Shown here piece by piece: positions 41,495 to 52,340 of a stretch of DNA of 64,000 nt (position 1 is its first letter; each line of letters opens with the position of its first letter). The stretch lies in the NCBI GenBank assembly GCA_000934665.2, contig KZ537999.1, forward strand, positions 186,001 through 250,000. The letters are read 5' to 3'. This DNA is from Catajapyx aquilonaris. Its lineage: Eukaryota. Made by a program: the position numbers and the translations under genes. A model generated the notes under the pieces. The model was not told the DNA's origin. It worked only from the letters and a program-made list of their open reading frames with translations, and did not search any database.

Positions 41495-44400
41495 ATGTTT
41501 TCAAGTGGAGCTAACTACCACAAGCTGAAGACAAACTTGCGCTTGGCTATAAACCGCTTGAAGTTGTTGGAGAAGAAGAAGACGGAGCTGGCCCAGAAGG
41601 CGAGGAAGGAAATTGCGGAGTACATAGCCGCTGGGAAGATGGAGAGGGCCAAGATCAGGGTGGAGCACATCATACGGGAGGATTACTTAGTCGAAGCGCT
41701 TGAGGTGGTTGAGATGTACTGCGACCTGCTGCTGGCGAGATTCGGGCTCATACAGCAGATGAAGTAAGCTGCGTTATATCACATTTGTGCATACAAAAAA
41801 TCATACCTGTTTGCGGTTTTTACAGAGAGCTGGATGCAGGGTTGGCTGAAGCGATTTCCAGCCTCATATGGGCTGCACCGAGGCTTCTGACTGATGTCTC
41901 GGAGCTTAAGGTGATTGCGGATCAGTTGACGGCCAAGTATGGAAAGGCGTACGGGATTGCATGCCAGGAGCAAGGGGTCGCCACCATTTCGGAGAAGTTG
42001 GTGCACAAGCTGGGAGTTCAGGCGCCACCAAAAATACTGGTCGAGAAGTACCTCATTGAGATTGCGAAGAATTATAACATCGAATATCAGCCTGATCCAC
42101 AGGTCAGTTTGCTTGAGTAATGTGTTAGATGAGTAGTTTGTTAATGGGTTGTACAACAGGTGATGAAGGAGGATGAGTGCCTAGCAGCGGATGCGATGCT
42201 GATTGATTTTGGAGACAAGAACAACCTCGGGGGCGGAAATGGTGCAGGCGGCGGCGGCGGCGGTGGCGGCGGTGGTAATGCGGCACCTCCTGCACCAGCG
42301 GGATTCATCGGGTACCCACCAATCCCAGCACCTACCAGAGCCTTTGATTACCCTCCAGTGGTAACGCACACTGCTATAGGCTGAAAGTGCATGTGTACTT
42401 ATCAAGTGTGATTTCAGAAACCACCGACGACGGCTGGTGGGTTTGTTTACCCGGACATGACCTCGTCAGCCCCTCCAATGGCTCCGTCAATGAACATTCC
42501 ACCTCCTGGCAGTGCGTCCTTTCCTGCCCGTGGGCTGCCCCTGGACAGTCCCAATGACAACAAGGAGCTCAATACGAACTTTCAGGTAATAGTTATTACT
42601 CTTATCCTGTTGTGTTTCAGGAGTGATAAGCATCCAAGCATGAAAGGTCTATCTTAATTTATATTAATAAAACAAAATGTCGAAGTTAAAAATACAATGA
42701 AAATACTGGGTGTGCCAAGTTCATTGGTCTTTTTAGTTATAGGAAATTTTGCTCGAAACTGTAATTATTTTGTAGCGCGTTAAACCAGGTGCCATATTCT
42801 ATCGAAACTGCTATTTGGCCACCTGGAAGTAATGGGGCACCTGGATCAAGGGGCAACAAGCTACAAAAAATTAATACTTCGGATACTATCAGTGATAATA
42901 ATTAAAACGACCCATGAACTTGAACACTCTGTATAGAGAAAAAAAAACATGATTTGATGAAATCCGATAAGGTGAGAGTGTATAATTATGATAAAAGTAA
43001 AAGCAATGCCTAGATGCAGCTAGTAGTGGGGATGTTACTGGTCGAGGCACCTATCTTGCACTAGCAACAACAGACTTGTCTTAAAATTGACACCCAAATT
43101 GTTTCAACCTATGCAAATAGAAGCAGATTTGACCAATCCCAATGGTGTTGGCCTTCCTTCCTCATTCATGCACCTAGTTTCACTTTCATCTTGCACTTGC
43201 GATAACTTACACCTGCCTTAAATGTTTGTGTATAGATTAAAAATTGATCACTGATGTAGTTTATGTCAGTCACTTGCTGGAAGCACCTTAGCCCTGTTAG
43301 TAAGCCCTTTTGTAATAAACATAGTCCTCTGTCTCATATTTGCCATGTACGTAGTAGGATCAAAAAGTTCCTGGCATAATTTACCTTGAGAAGAAGATAG
43401 ATTCGATTTTAGGTGCATCGGAACACAATCCTAATGAGTCAGTTTTCCAAATGACATTGTTCTGTGTACATATGAACGTGTGTCACAAGCACTTTTGTTA
43501 ACATGTGTTGTGTCTTCTTGGCACTCCTGTGATGCTCACAAAAAACCGAGCACTGCATGTGGATCACAAATGACGCAAGTTGGCTTTTCCACTGTAATCA
43601 TTGCCGTGACGCCTTTTATGTAAGTTTAATTGCTCTTTACGGTTACTCAAAGCTCCTGGACACATTGAGGCATCGTTGTTTCTGGTCAGGTGTCGAGAGG
43701 CAAGGGACACACCATGATGCATGTTCATTTTGTGCGTACAAATGACCTGTAAGACTCCATAACTGATCCCATCTCTGTCACAGATACCATGAATAATACG
43801 GGATGGTCCTCATGAATGATTTGTCAAATTATTTTCGAAATTTTGAGGGGTTGAGTTGGTGTGTGGTTGTCTTGAGTGCTTATGGCCTTCAGTGAGTATT
43901 TGACCACACTGGCAAGGCAATTGTGACTCAAAACACTGTGCTTTTAGCCTAAAACTTGATCACCTGAAGCCTGATGAAGCTCTCTTAGTGCCTCAGTTGA
44001 ATATTTCCCAATCTTCATGCAAATCTTTTTGCACAAACTTTTGAGCGGCCATTGTGGGATTGCCAAGAAGATGTACCACTTGTTCAGAAAAGTGTGGTGG
44101 CTCACGTTCAGACTTACACAAGACAATGCAACCTGCCAAACTGACTCATTAGGATTGTGTGCAGATACACCTAAAAGTTCGTCTCTCTACTTCTCAAGGT
44201 AGCCGAGTAATAGGTAATTCCCAGGAACATTTTGATCCTAGAAGTACAGGTCCTCAGCACCACAACATAATTATATGCAAATGCCAGGTTTCTGTAACTG
44301 TTAAGAGTTTGACAACTGCTGGCCTCGGTGAATTATTTTGTATAGGCTGCCCGCACTTCCTTCAACCTTACGTTATCGTTTTGTTTACTGACTACTAGTG

Positions 44401-45661
44401 AATGGAAATCTGCTGAACATAGCCCTAGATCCTCCCACTTTTCCTTACTCCACGGAAATGCCCTCACACAACAGATAGGAGTAAATATCGACAACAATAG
44501 AACCACGAATAGAACCAATGAATAGAACAATAGGCGTATTCGGCAATTCAGGAATCTGACTTCCTGGGCTGTTTGGATGTTCGGCAAATCAGGTGCCACG
44601 CCCCCTGAAGTAAGTGCGCATGCGCCCTACCTGACTTCCCAAGCTCAGGAACTTAGTGTACTCCTGACCTGACTTACTTGCTGAGAAACAATTAACAAAC
44701 AAATTATTGTTATGGATGCAGCAGTGTTGCCAATGCAAAATGCCCCAAAACCCCGCGAGAGGACCTGAAAATACCCGATTTTACCCGCATTTTCATTTTA
44801 CCCGCACCATTACCCGCCAGCGTCCGAAATACGGCACCGAAATACCCGAACATTGGCATATCACTGGGATGCAGCACAGGCGGGTAGGGGGGTCTCTCAG
44901 TTAGGCCGTTCGGCAATAATCTTCTGAGGGGCAGGGCTAACAACTCAGATATCACGTGACGCATCTCAGAATAATCTGAATTGCCGAATACGCCTAATGT
45001 TTACATCCATGTTTACGTGAGGGCATTGGGCATTTCCATAGAAACAGGAAAAGCATGCTGTTCCCGGGGTGCGTTTGGCAGCTTTCCATTGACTAGGAGT
45101 CTGTAAAGAAATCAATGACAAAGGACCCTATCCTTTAGTATCTCCAGCACTCTGTTAGATCTATATTTGGTTGTTCTTCACTCTTTTCTAATTAGTTCTG
45201 TTCTTGCATGTTAGCCCATGCCACATCAGTATCCGTCTGAAGGACCACCCTCCTATAACTCGGCAGTGTCTGACCAGGTACTTTTATTCTTGCTCATGTA
45301 TTTATCTGTGCTTCAATATTTGTGTGTGCTTTCTAGCGTGTCCTTTGAATCGACTTGGTCATAGACGTATGGGCTTTTTAGGTTGTAAAATTTTCACAGG
45401 ACCATTCTAATTTTTCATGGCAAAATTCCAGAATTAATTTTTCATCCTTGTTCAACTCAGGATGACAAGCCTAAACCAACGCCTCGTGGAAAAATGTCTC
45501 CTGGGAGCCCCAACCTTGACCTTCCTGAACTGCCTGCCGTCCCGACTGACAGCTTTCCCCAGGATGCTTCAGTTGGCGCAGGAAAAGGTCCCAACGATTC
45601 TGAAGAAATAGATTTTGATGACCTTAACAAGCGTTTTGAGGAGCTCAAGAGGAAGAAATAG
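41495..45661 (+). CDS. IST1: IST1 homolog (ESCRT-III-like factor, regulator of Vps4), ~392 aa
   Basis: Exons 41495-41763, 41826-42102, 42160-42360, 42418-42585, 45215-45277 and 45461-45661, all GT-AG and frame-consistent. The N-terminal Ist1 domain reads KLKTNLRLAINRLKLLEKKKTELAQKARKEIAEY...RVEHIIREDYLVEALE...LIWAAPRL...APPKILVEKYLIEIAKNYN. It is followed by a Gly/Pro-rich linker, a PPSY motif, MIM2-like LPELPAVP and C-terminal MIM1 DFDDLNKRFEELKRKK*. AATAAA at 45764. Confidence 0.96.
42706..42931. mobile_element. Tc1/mariner-type MITE in an IST1 intron
   Basis: Imperfect TIRs CTGGGTGTGCCAAGTTCATTGGTC / GACCCATGAACTTGAACACTCTG, with TA flanks. Confidence 0.6.
44532..44995. mobile_element. 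Middle MITE with perfect 20-bp TIRs
   Basis: AGGCGTATTCGGCAATTCAG ... CTGAATTGCCGAATACGCCT, flanked by an AAT direct repeat (or by TA if the termini are taken 1 bp inward). Confidence 0.8.
44722..44866. mobile_element. hAT-type MITE (innermost)
   Basis: Exact 8-bp target duplication GGATGCAG (44714-21 and 44867-74), TIRs CAGTGTTGCCAATG / CATTGGCATATCACTG, and subterminal TACCCG repeats. Confidence 0.8.
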
Positions 45662-46231
45662 TTCTTTCCCATGCGAATGACCTCGAATCATATTTTACTT
45701 TGGCTTTATTATGCAAATCAGCGAAGTGCTCTTGCCATATTGTAAGGAATACCCACTGCTGTTAATAAATTCAGCATTATACTGTAACCATAATAACGCA
45801 GTATCCACATGTGATATTGCGGCATTCTCCATGTATCCTTAATAACGTGACGAGCTTGGGGCTCACATTTCTGGATCAAGATGATGATAATAAGGACAAC
45901 TAAGTAAGGTGGAATCTAAATTTTGACATATTGAAGATAACACCCTTGATCACCAAGGTAACAAGATAATAAAATCAGATTCTGATAGAGCTCCGACACC
46001 TGACATTCAGAGCAAAGGAAAATGTTAGATGTGTATGGTGGGGATCCTACGAGAAATGTGTGCTAATTTATAATATGTAGATATGAAACTTTTCAACTAA
46101 CAACAGCAAAATAATCTTATGCGTGTTGGCTGCCGTACTGCATTGTCCATATAGTTATGTGAGGTGAGAAACATTCAATTACACTTTGAATATTGACCCC
46201 ACACTAAGGCCCAGCCTAAATGAGCAATAAA

Positions 46232-46332
46232 ATTATTATTGTTGTTATAATTACTATTATTATTATTATTGTTGTTGTTGTTATAATTACTGTTGTTGTT
46301 ATTGTTATTATTATTATTAAATATTATTATTA
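46232..46332. repeat. Compound (TTA/TTG)n microsatellite
   Basis: Direct reading of the sequence; lies just upstream of the splice acceptor at 46341. Confidence 0.9.
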
Positions 46333-46376
46333 CTCTTCCAGACTTCTAAACCAGTGTAGTGCAAGTGTGTGACAGT

Positions 46377-47567
46377 ATGAGGGAGAATTGCCTGTTGATG
46401 CTATTGTATCGATTCCTGTCATTACTTCGTTTCGGTGCTCATAGAGGAAACGTTCACACTCTTAGCCATGGCACTGATGACAGCGAGGGTAACACTACAG
46501 GGACGTACAAACAAACTTCTCATGATCACCTGCAGAAGCCCACACCACGGGATGTTGAAGAAAACATTAGCTTAGCACATTTTGAATACAACCCGCATCA
46601 AACGCCACTTGTTAATGGCAGATTTCAAGACCAGCTGTTTGATGAATCTGACTTTGGCACAAGGAAACAGGGAACAACAGTCAGCATTGAAGATGTTGAC
46701 CAAGGGAGGTCTGTTGCTGACCAAGTGCTGTTGGGTGAATCCAACTTGAAGGATAACTTGTGCACAGCAGAGGTTGCAAATGCCAACCGTCAAGAATATT
46801 TACCATTGCAGATAAATTACAATGCAGGCATTTTCAGTATTGCAAGGGCAAATTCGACCATTGTTTTCAACAAGCACAATATGCATAAGAACACAGTAGG
46901 AAACTCTATCATCATCCAAGTTCCTGTGAGTATACTTCAGCAGGTTATTTTGTTGAATATTGTTTGTATTTATAAGTTTTCTGCAATTTAGTGTTATGTA
47001 GAGCTACACCATGCAAGTGGCCAATGATATTTTGTGTACTGGAATTTTAATTGGCTGATTTGACTCAACAGGTTAATTTTTACATTTATGTTCTGTTATT
47101 AATTCCAGATAGGGACACCTGGGAGGGAAAGTGATTATTCCACCAAAGTCACAGGTGGTATCAATTGCAATGGAATTATTACTATACGAGCTGAAAAAAC
47201 AGTGACTGGAGAGTCTACCAGCACATTCACCAGCAAACAGCAAGGGCTGGAGGAAAATGAGTTGACACTAATTCGAGAGGAACTGAAGAAATTTCAGGAA
47301 ATTGAGGGAATGAAGAGAGCCAGAAATGTCGCCAAAAATAATTTGGAGGACTATGCATACAGGCTAAAGCAGGCTGTGGAAGACGAATGTGATGGCAAGA
47401 AAATTTCCGAGGAAGATAAAGTGCGGATAATGGGACAGTGTGAAGAAGTGTTAGTCTTCATCGATGAAAAGGACGAGCATCCTGGCAGCAGTGACAAGAC
47501 TGATTTTGAGTTGAAGCTGAATCATATGAGAGATACATTTCATGAATACATTAATATGTTGCAATAA
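46377..47567 (+). CDS. H0: HSP70-derived protein lacking the ATPase domain (low-complexity N-terminus, degenerate SBD-beta and helical lid), ~335 aa
   Basis: Exons 46377-46925 (CCT|GTGAGT) and 47109-47567 (ttccAG|ATA) join in phase 0. The last exon, KVTGGINCNGIITIRAEKTVTG...AKNNLEDYAYRLKQAVEDE...KISEEDK..IMGQCEEVLVFIDE, matches the HSP70 pattern VTFDIDANGIL...AKNxLESY...lid. The start codon is uncertain. Confidence 0.6.
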
Positions 47568-48328
47568 TTAAAGATGTGAATGGGCATAAGAAAAAAAAAT
47601 CTTTTGGCAAGATAGCCTGTGCAACATAAAAATTCTAAGAAATCAACTCCTGATCTTCCTGAGATTTTTGGAATTTTCCTAATGGTCATTAATTTATTAT
47701 TGATTTGTGGGGGTTGAAAGTAATATTGTTCCAATCTTGATGCTACCATCGAAATAATTGCCATGCTGCTGTTATTGGTTCACAGCAACATTTTCATCAA
47801 TAAGATTACCTGATAAGAATATTACACTGAAGATTGTGTTTAGAGAGAACTAGACTGCCATTTCTGGCAATAGGGTCTTCTACTGATTATTGTGATAATA
47901 ACCGAGACAGACAAGTGCTTAATCAAGATGCAATCTGATGCTTGTATTCAGAAACTCGGGGTCCTTGCATGACAAATTACTTGCAGGTAACAGATCTGAT
48001 TGGCAGGTTTTGTCTTTTTCGGCTGTTATCCATTGGATCAGAGCATCGACCCATGGGAAGCTGCCTGTGATTCTCTTTAACCATATCTTACAAAAGCAAG
48101 GTGTAGGGATTGTAAGTCATTATAGGCATGTCAGGAATCTTATTCTTTCAGTGAGAAAGATGTGGCAATGAAAGGGAGATTTGTGGTTGGGTCAGCAGAC
48201 AGTAATCCATCTAAATATAAACACACTCAGCGACATTACAGAAGAATACTCCCAAGATATAACAGCTCTGTCACAGGCAATAAGCATGAAGTATTTAATA
48301 TCACCAATAACGAACCAACCAAACAATA

Positions 48329-48398
48329 ATGAAAAATCCTCCTCATAGACGAAAAAGAATGCATGCATTCTTTTTCGTCTATGAGGAGGATTTTTCAT
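48329..48398. repeat. Perfect 70-bp spacerless palindrome followed by (GCCAT)5
   Basis: ATGAAAAATCCTCCTCATAGACGAAAAAGAATGCA|TGCATTCTTTTTCGTCTATGAGGAGGATTTTTCAT; GCCAT repeats follow to ~48423. Confidence 0.95.
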
Positions 48399-48813
48399 GC
48401 CATGCCATGCCATGCCATGCCATGGACGATCAGCAGAGGCGAAAGATTATTGATACACTTGATTGCTTTATTCACTTTATGTACTTTAATAAGTATTCAT
48501 TGTAGGGCATAAAATTCTGTTATTGAAAATTATTATTCATCAATTCACTAAAAATAATGGTGTTAATATTCCTCTTTATGTGCCAAACAGAATATTGTAA
48601 ACTGTCGTACATACACTGGCAACATAAGTGCAAAAAAAAATCCTGCAAGGCTATTAGCAGTCAGAAAAAAAGGTCTCATAATTTTGAATATTTTTTTTTC
48701 AGGTCGAAATCATTTGCGAATAATTAGTAGCCCACGATTTACTGAATGAGAGACTATGTGAAAGTTACGGCAAGCCAGTATGACCCAAGTGTAATATTGT
48801 AGTTATCTATAGT

Positions 48814-48886
<73 letters not shown>

Positions 48887-48891
48887 ACATC
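48814..48891. repeat. (ATC)n microsatellite, possibly the (GAT)n tail of a minus-strand non-LTR retroelement fragment (~48814-49200)
   Basis: About 24 perfect ATC units. The adjacent sequence on the minus strand ends in a short CCCT-CGT-AGGG hairpin before the GAT tail. The retroelement origin is an inference. Confidence 0.85.
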
Positions 48892-49235
48892 ACGACATTT
48901 CCCTACGAGGGGTAGTCAGCGATGAAGGGAGACGCAAGCTAACCCAACATAATTATGAACTAATAATTAAAACTCGTAAAAATAAACCTAAAAACAACCC
49001 GTCCCACCCCCCCCCCCCACCCCTGATCACCTCAGACGACAGACACTCAATATTAAATTTAAATATTACACTATGCAATACGGTACTTCGCCAAAACAAC
49101 CCCCCTCGCCACCACACCAGCCACTACTCCGGACGCCCTGGCCACGCCGATAGTAACACTCTAAAATAATGCGGTTCATTGCCAAGTAGGTCTATAATAA
49201 TTGCCTGCAAAAATGTAATAAACATGTACATTGTA

Positions 49236-49580
49236 CAGTGGAGCATCGATTATCCGAACATTAACCCGATCATTTACGGAAAAAATTGTACCGGTGTCAT
49301 AGGAGCAATATGAAACTAAGAAACGGTGATATTAACCACAAAACTGTGTATTTTCTGTCACAGGCACGTCTTAAAAATACTGAACATATACGTTACTGTC
49401 CTTACATGAAGTAGTCCTACAGTTTAGGGGGGGGGGGGTGGAGGCCAATTTCTTTTGCTTGAGCCCCGAGGCTCGTTTTTTGCGACTAAATCGCGCTTTT
49501 TCAATTTTTTTGCCGACCCGAAAACGTTCGGTTAACCGATGGTTCGGTTGATCGGGGTTCGGATAATCGATGCTCCACTG
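49236..49580. mobile_element. Young Tigger/pogo-like MITE
   Basis: Perfect 24-bp TIRs CAGTGGAGCATCGATTATCCGAAC / GTTCGGATAATCGATGCTCCACTG with a TA duplication. It is absent from the paralogous site near 57875. Confidence 0.9.
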
Positions 49581-50056
49581 TATTTCATTGATTATTGTTA
49601 TACCATGAAACATAAACCTGAAACTTCTTAGTTTTTTACTTATTAGTTTTTAAAAGCACAGGGCAGTTTTTTTTTCACTGGTGACGATTGTGCTGATATG
49701 GATATGGAGAACTTGGCCACCATTGCAGTCAAAGACAATCTACTGATTAACGAGATAATTTATATCTACAAGTGTTGGATAAACCAGTCGATGCAGTGCA
49801 GCTCCCAGGTATTTTGCGACTCAAACTACTTCACAGGTAACTAATATGTTAAGTCCTGAGATTTTTTAAAATTATAACAGTGTCCTCCATCACAGCAATG
49901 TTACTGTAGACAGTGTAGAGGTAACTGAACTTGTGTGCTAACGGAAAAGTTGACTAAATTATTATGTGCATTTAGAATGTGTTTTGTTCGCTTATTGCAG
50001 GTGTGGGGCCAAGCAGCAGTCCCATGTCGCAATAAGACCCAGCTTGAGACAAAATA

Positions 50057-51658
50057 ATGACTGACATGACAGACAAAGCACCAATTGTCGGAATTGACTT
50101 GGGCACTTCCAAGTGTAGAATCGCTGCCTGGAAGGATGGGAAAATACAAATCATTCCAGACCCCCGCACGAAGAATAATTTTATTCCCAGTTACGTTACA
50201 TTCCCTGGAAATAAGGAAATATACATAGGAGAACGCGCCAAAAAGGAAGTGAGAGTTATAATTATTATAACAATAACGTTCAGGTTTTCTCATTGGTTCT
50301 GCACTATACTGTATACTTGGTTACAGTTGAGCAAAAACCCTAGGAACACCTTGTTTGATGTGAAGCACCTGATCGGAGCAGCAAAAGGTGATCTCACTCT
50401 ACCGAGAAACAGGTACCACTGGCCGTTTCGAGTGTCCCACAGTTCAGGAAGAGCAATGGTTGAAGTGGATCGAGATGAAAGGAAGAAGTACTCTCCAGGT
50501 GTCATCATGGCCTGCTTGTTGAAGCTAGTGATAGAAAATGCAAATGATTTTCTGGGTCTGAAGGTGACTCGCGCTGTAATGACAGTACCCAGTTATTACA
50601 ACGAGACCCAACGACAGCAAGCCAAAGATGTAGCAGACATTGCCAAAGTCAGCCTCATTCACGTCATTGACGATTGCGTTGCTGTTGCTCTAGCTTACTG
50701 TTTCGAAAAAGAGCTCACAGACGTAGACCACATGCTGGTGTATGACCTGGGCATGTACTCTTTCCAAGTTTCAGTGCTGAAGGTGAAGGACGGTTATCCA
50801 GAAGTTGTTGTGTGCGAAAGTAACAACAGCACTATGGGAAGTAGAAAGCTGGACCTTTGCCTGGTGAAGCACTGTGTGAAGAAGAATTTACGAGAACCAC
50901 AGCCTGGTTTGAACAATGACACTGAGGCGCCATGGAAGCTGTTACCAGCTTGTGAGGAAGCCAAGGAAATCCTGTCCTGTGTTACTGAAACCAATGTAAA
51001 AACTAGTGATCATTGGCCTGGGTGCAATTTCATCTGTGAAGTAAGTAAATGTCTCCATCAGAGGACCATCATTGTCCCTATAAAATGTAATTCAACATGA
51101 TCTAACCAAAGTAATATTGTTGTAAATTTTCAATATCTTGTGATGAATATTAAATGTTGGCATACTGTACCGTACTTATTGTATTTCTGACCAGACCAGA
51201 CTTAAATTCAATAGCATCCAGCATGTTTTCTTGCTTGTTATGGACAGTACGAAACATGACTGTCTCTCTCATTTGTACAGATTTCTCGGCAACAATTTGA
51301 AGATATGTGCACAGACATGATCAACGAAACACTGAATGTGGTGGAATGTGCTCTGCGGAAGGCCGAAATAGACAAAGGTAAAATTGAGCACGTTGTCCTG
51401 GTTGGTGGATCTACGCGTATACCCAAGTTGAGGGAGATGGTGAAGAATTTCTTCAATTTGAAAGACCTGGACCAAAGCATCGACCCGGAGGAACTAATTG
51501 TCAATGGAGCAGCTCTTGCAGGTATTTTCCTGAGCAGAAACTCCCAAGAAGGGAGCGCAGGGAAGGTATGCTGGTCATTGAAGAATATGGAAACAGAAGC
51601 AGGCCACAGTTCTTCTGGAGAAAATGATGTGGTTCAGGTTGGGAAAAATCAGAATGAG
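50057..51658 (+). CDS. H1: divergent HSP70-family nucleotide-binding domain with degenerate ATPase motifs and no SBD of its own; may splice onward into H2
   Basis: Exons 50057-50248, 50327-51040 and 51281-~51658. Motifs [64 protein letters not shown] 5'UTR intron lies at 49837-50000. Confidence 0.85.
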
Positions 51659-51669
51659 GCAAGTTATAC

Positions 51670-51960
51670 CTGTCCTCCCTCACCACCCACCTTCCCCTTC
51701 CTCCTAATAAGTTTCTTCCTGTCCATCTCACCCTCTCCTCTTCTCCATATCGGGTCTTCACCCCTCGTCCTTTTTCCAACCCTTTTCCAACTCTCTCCCA
51801 AGCTATATCCCTACCTTGACCCCCAGAGGGAGGGACGCCATAAATAGCAGGTAGACTGGTGGGCTCTCTCTCTCTCTCTTTCTCACTATCCTTTGTCCTG
51901 ATAAGGTCCTTCTTCCTTCCTTCCTTCCTTCCTTCCCTGTTCCTACTCCTTCCTACTGTA
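51670..51960. repeat. CT-rich low-complexity tract ((CT)n, (CCTT)n) at the point where H1 stops matching H4
   Basis: Direct reading; it begins within a few bases of the end of H1/H4 homology. Confidence 0.7.
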
Positions 51961-52034
51961 TTTATGTACCATGTAGTAGTTATTTTACCCAAACCTTGTA
52001 CTTAATTCCCCTAATCCAGGCATAACTGCCACAG

Positions 52035-52238
52035 GTTCTTGTGGGCCGTTCGACCCGAATTCCCAGCAAGGTGAGTGAGATGGTGAGGGATCACTTCCAG
52101 AGGAGAGAGCTGGACCAGAGCATCCCGCCAGAGGAAGTCGTTTATGGAGCAGCCGTGTATGGAACCATAAAACCTCACGAGATTAGTGGCCTTTCGGGGA
52201 CAGCAACTGGGCCTGTTGGCGACGGAGACGAAGGACAA
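52035..52238 (+). CDS. Partial HSP70 NBD exon (C-terminal part of the ATPase domain plus short linker) from another paralog
   Basis: Encodes VLVGRSTRIPSKVSEMVRDHFQRRELDQSIPPEEVVYGAAVYG...GDGDEGQ. Bounded by ccacAG (52034) and CAA|GTAGGC (52239), both phase 0, with no stop codon. Confidence 0.6.
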
Positions 52239-52340
52239 GTAGGCAACTCAAAGGCACATTATTACTCTACGTTAATAGATTTCCAACCGTGCAATAAAAC
52301 TACTTTCTAGGCAAATGAAGAACATGAAGGCAGGAGCGAT

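Larger units (their letters stand above)
44388..45103. mobile_element. Outer MITE of a triple-nested insertion in an IST1 intron (TA-flanked)
   Basis: Imperfect TIRs CTGACTACTAGTGAATGGAAATCTGC / GCAGCTTTCCATTGACTAGGAGTCTG, extending inward as GGAAATGCCCTCAC / GTGAGGGCATT. TA on both sides. Confidence 0.6.
49204..51664 (+). repeat. Segmental duplication copy A (paralogous to 57851-59929)
   Basis: Upstream region, 5'UTR exon, introns and exons are near-identical to 57851-59929, from CCTGCAAAAAT through to AATCAGAATGAG.CAAGT. Confidence 0.92.

Noticed and set aside
51659..51847. ORF-track extension of H1 ending in a hydrophobic, TM-like tail (PPTFPFLLISFFLSIS...)
   Set aside because: It is the translation of a CT-rich tract that starts where paralog homology ends; more likely intronic, though not excluded.
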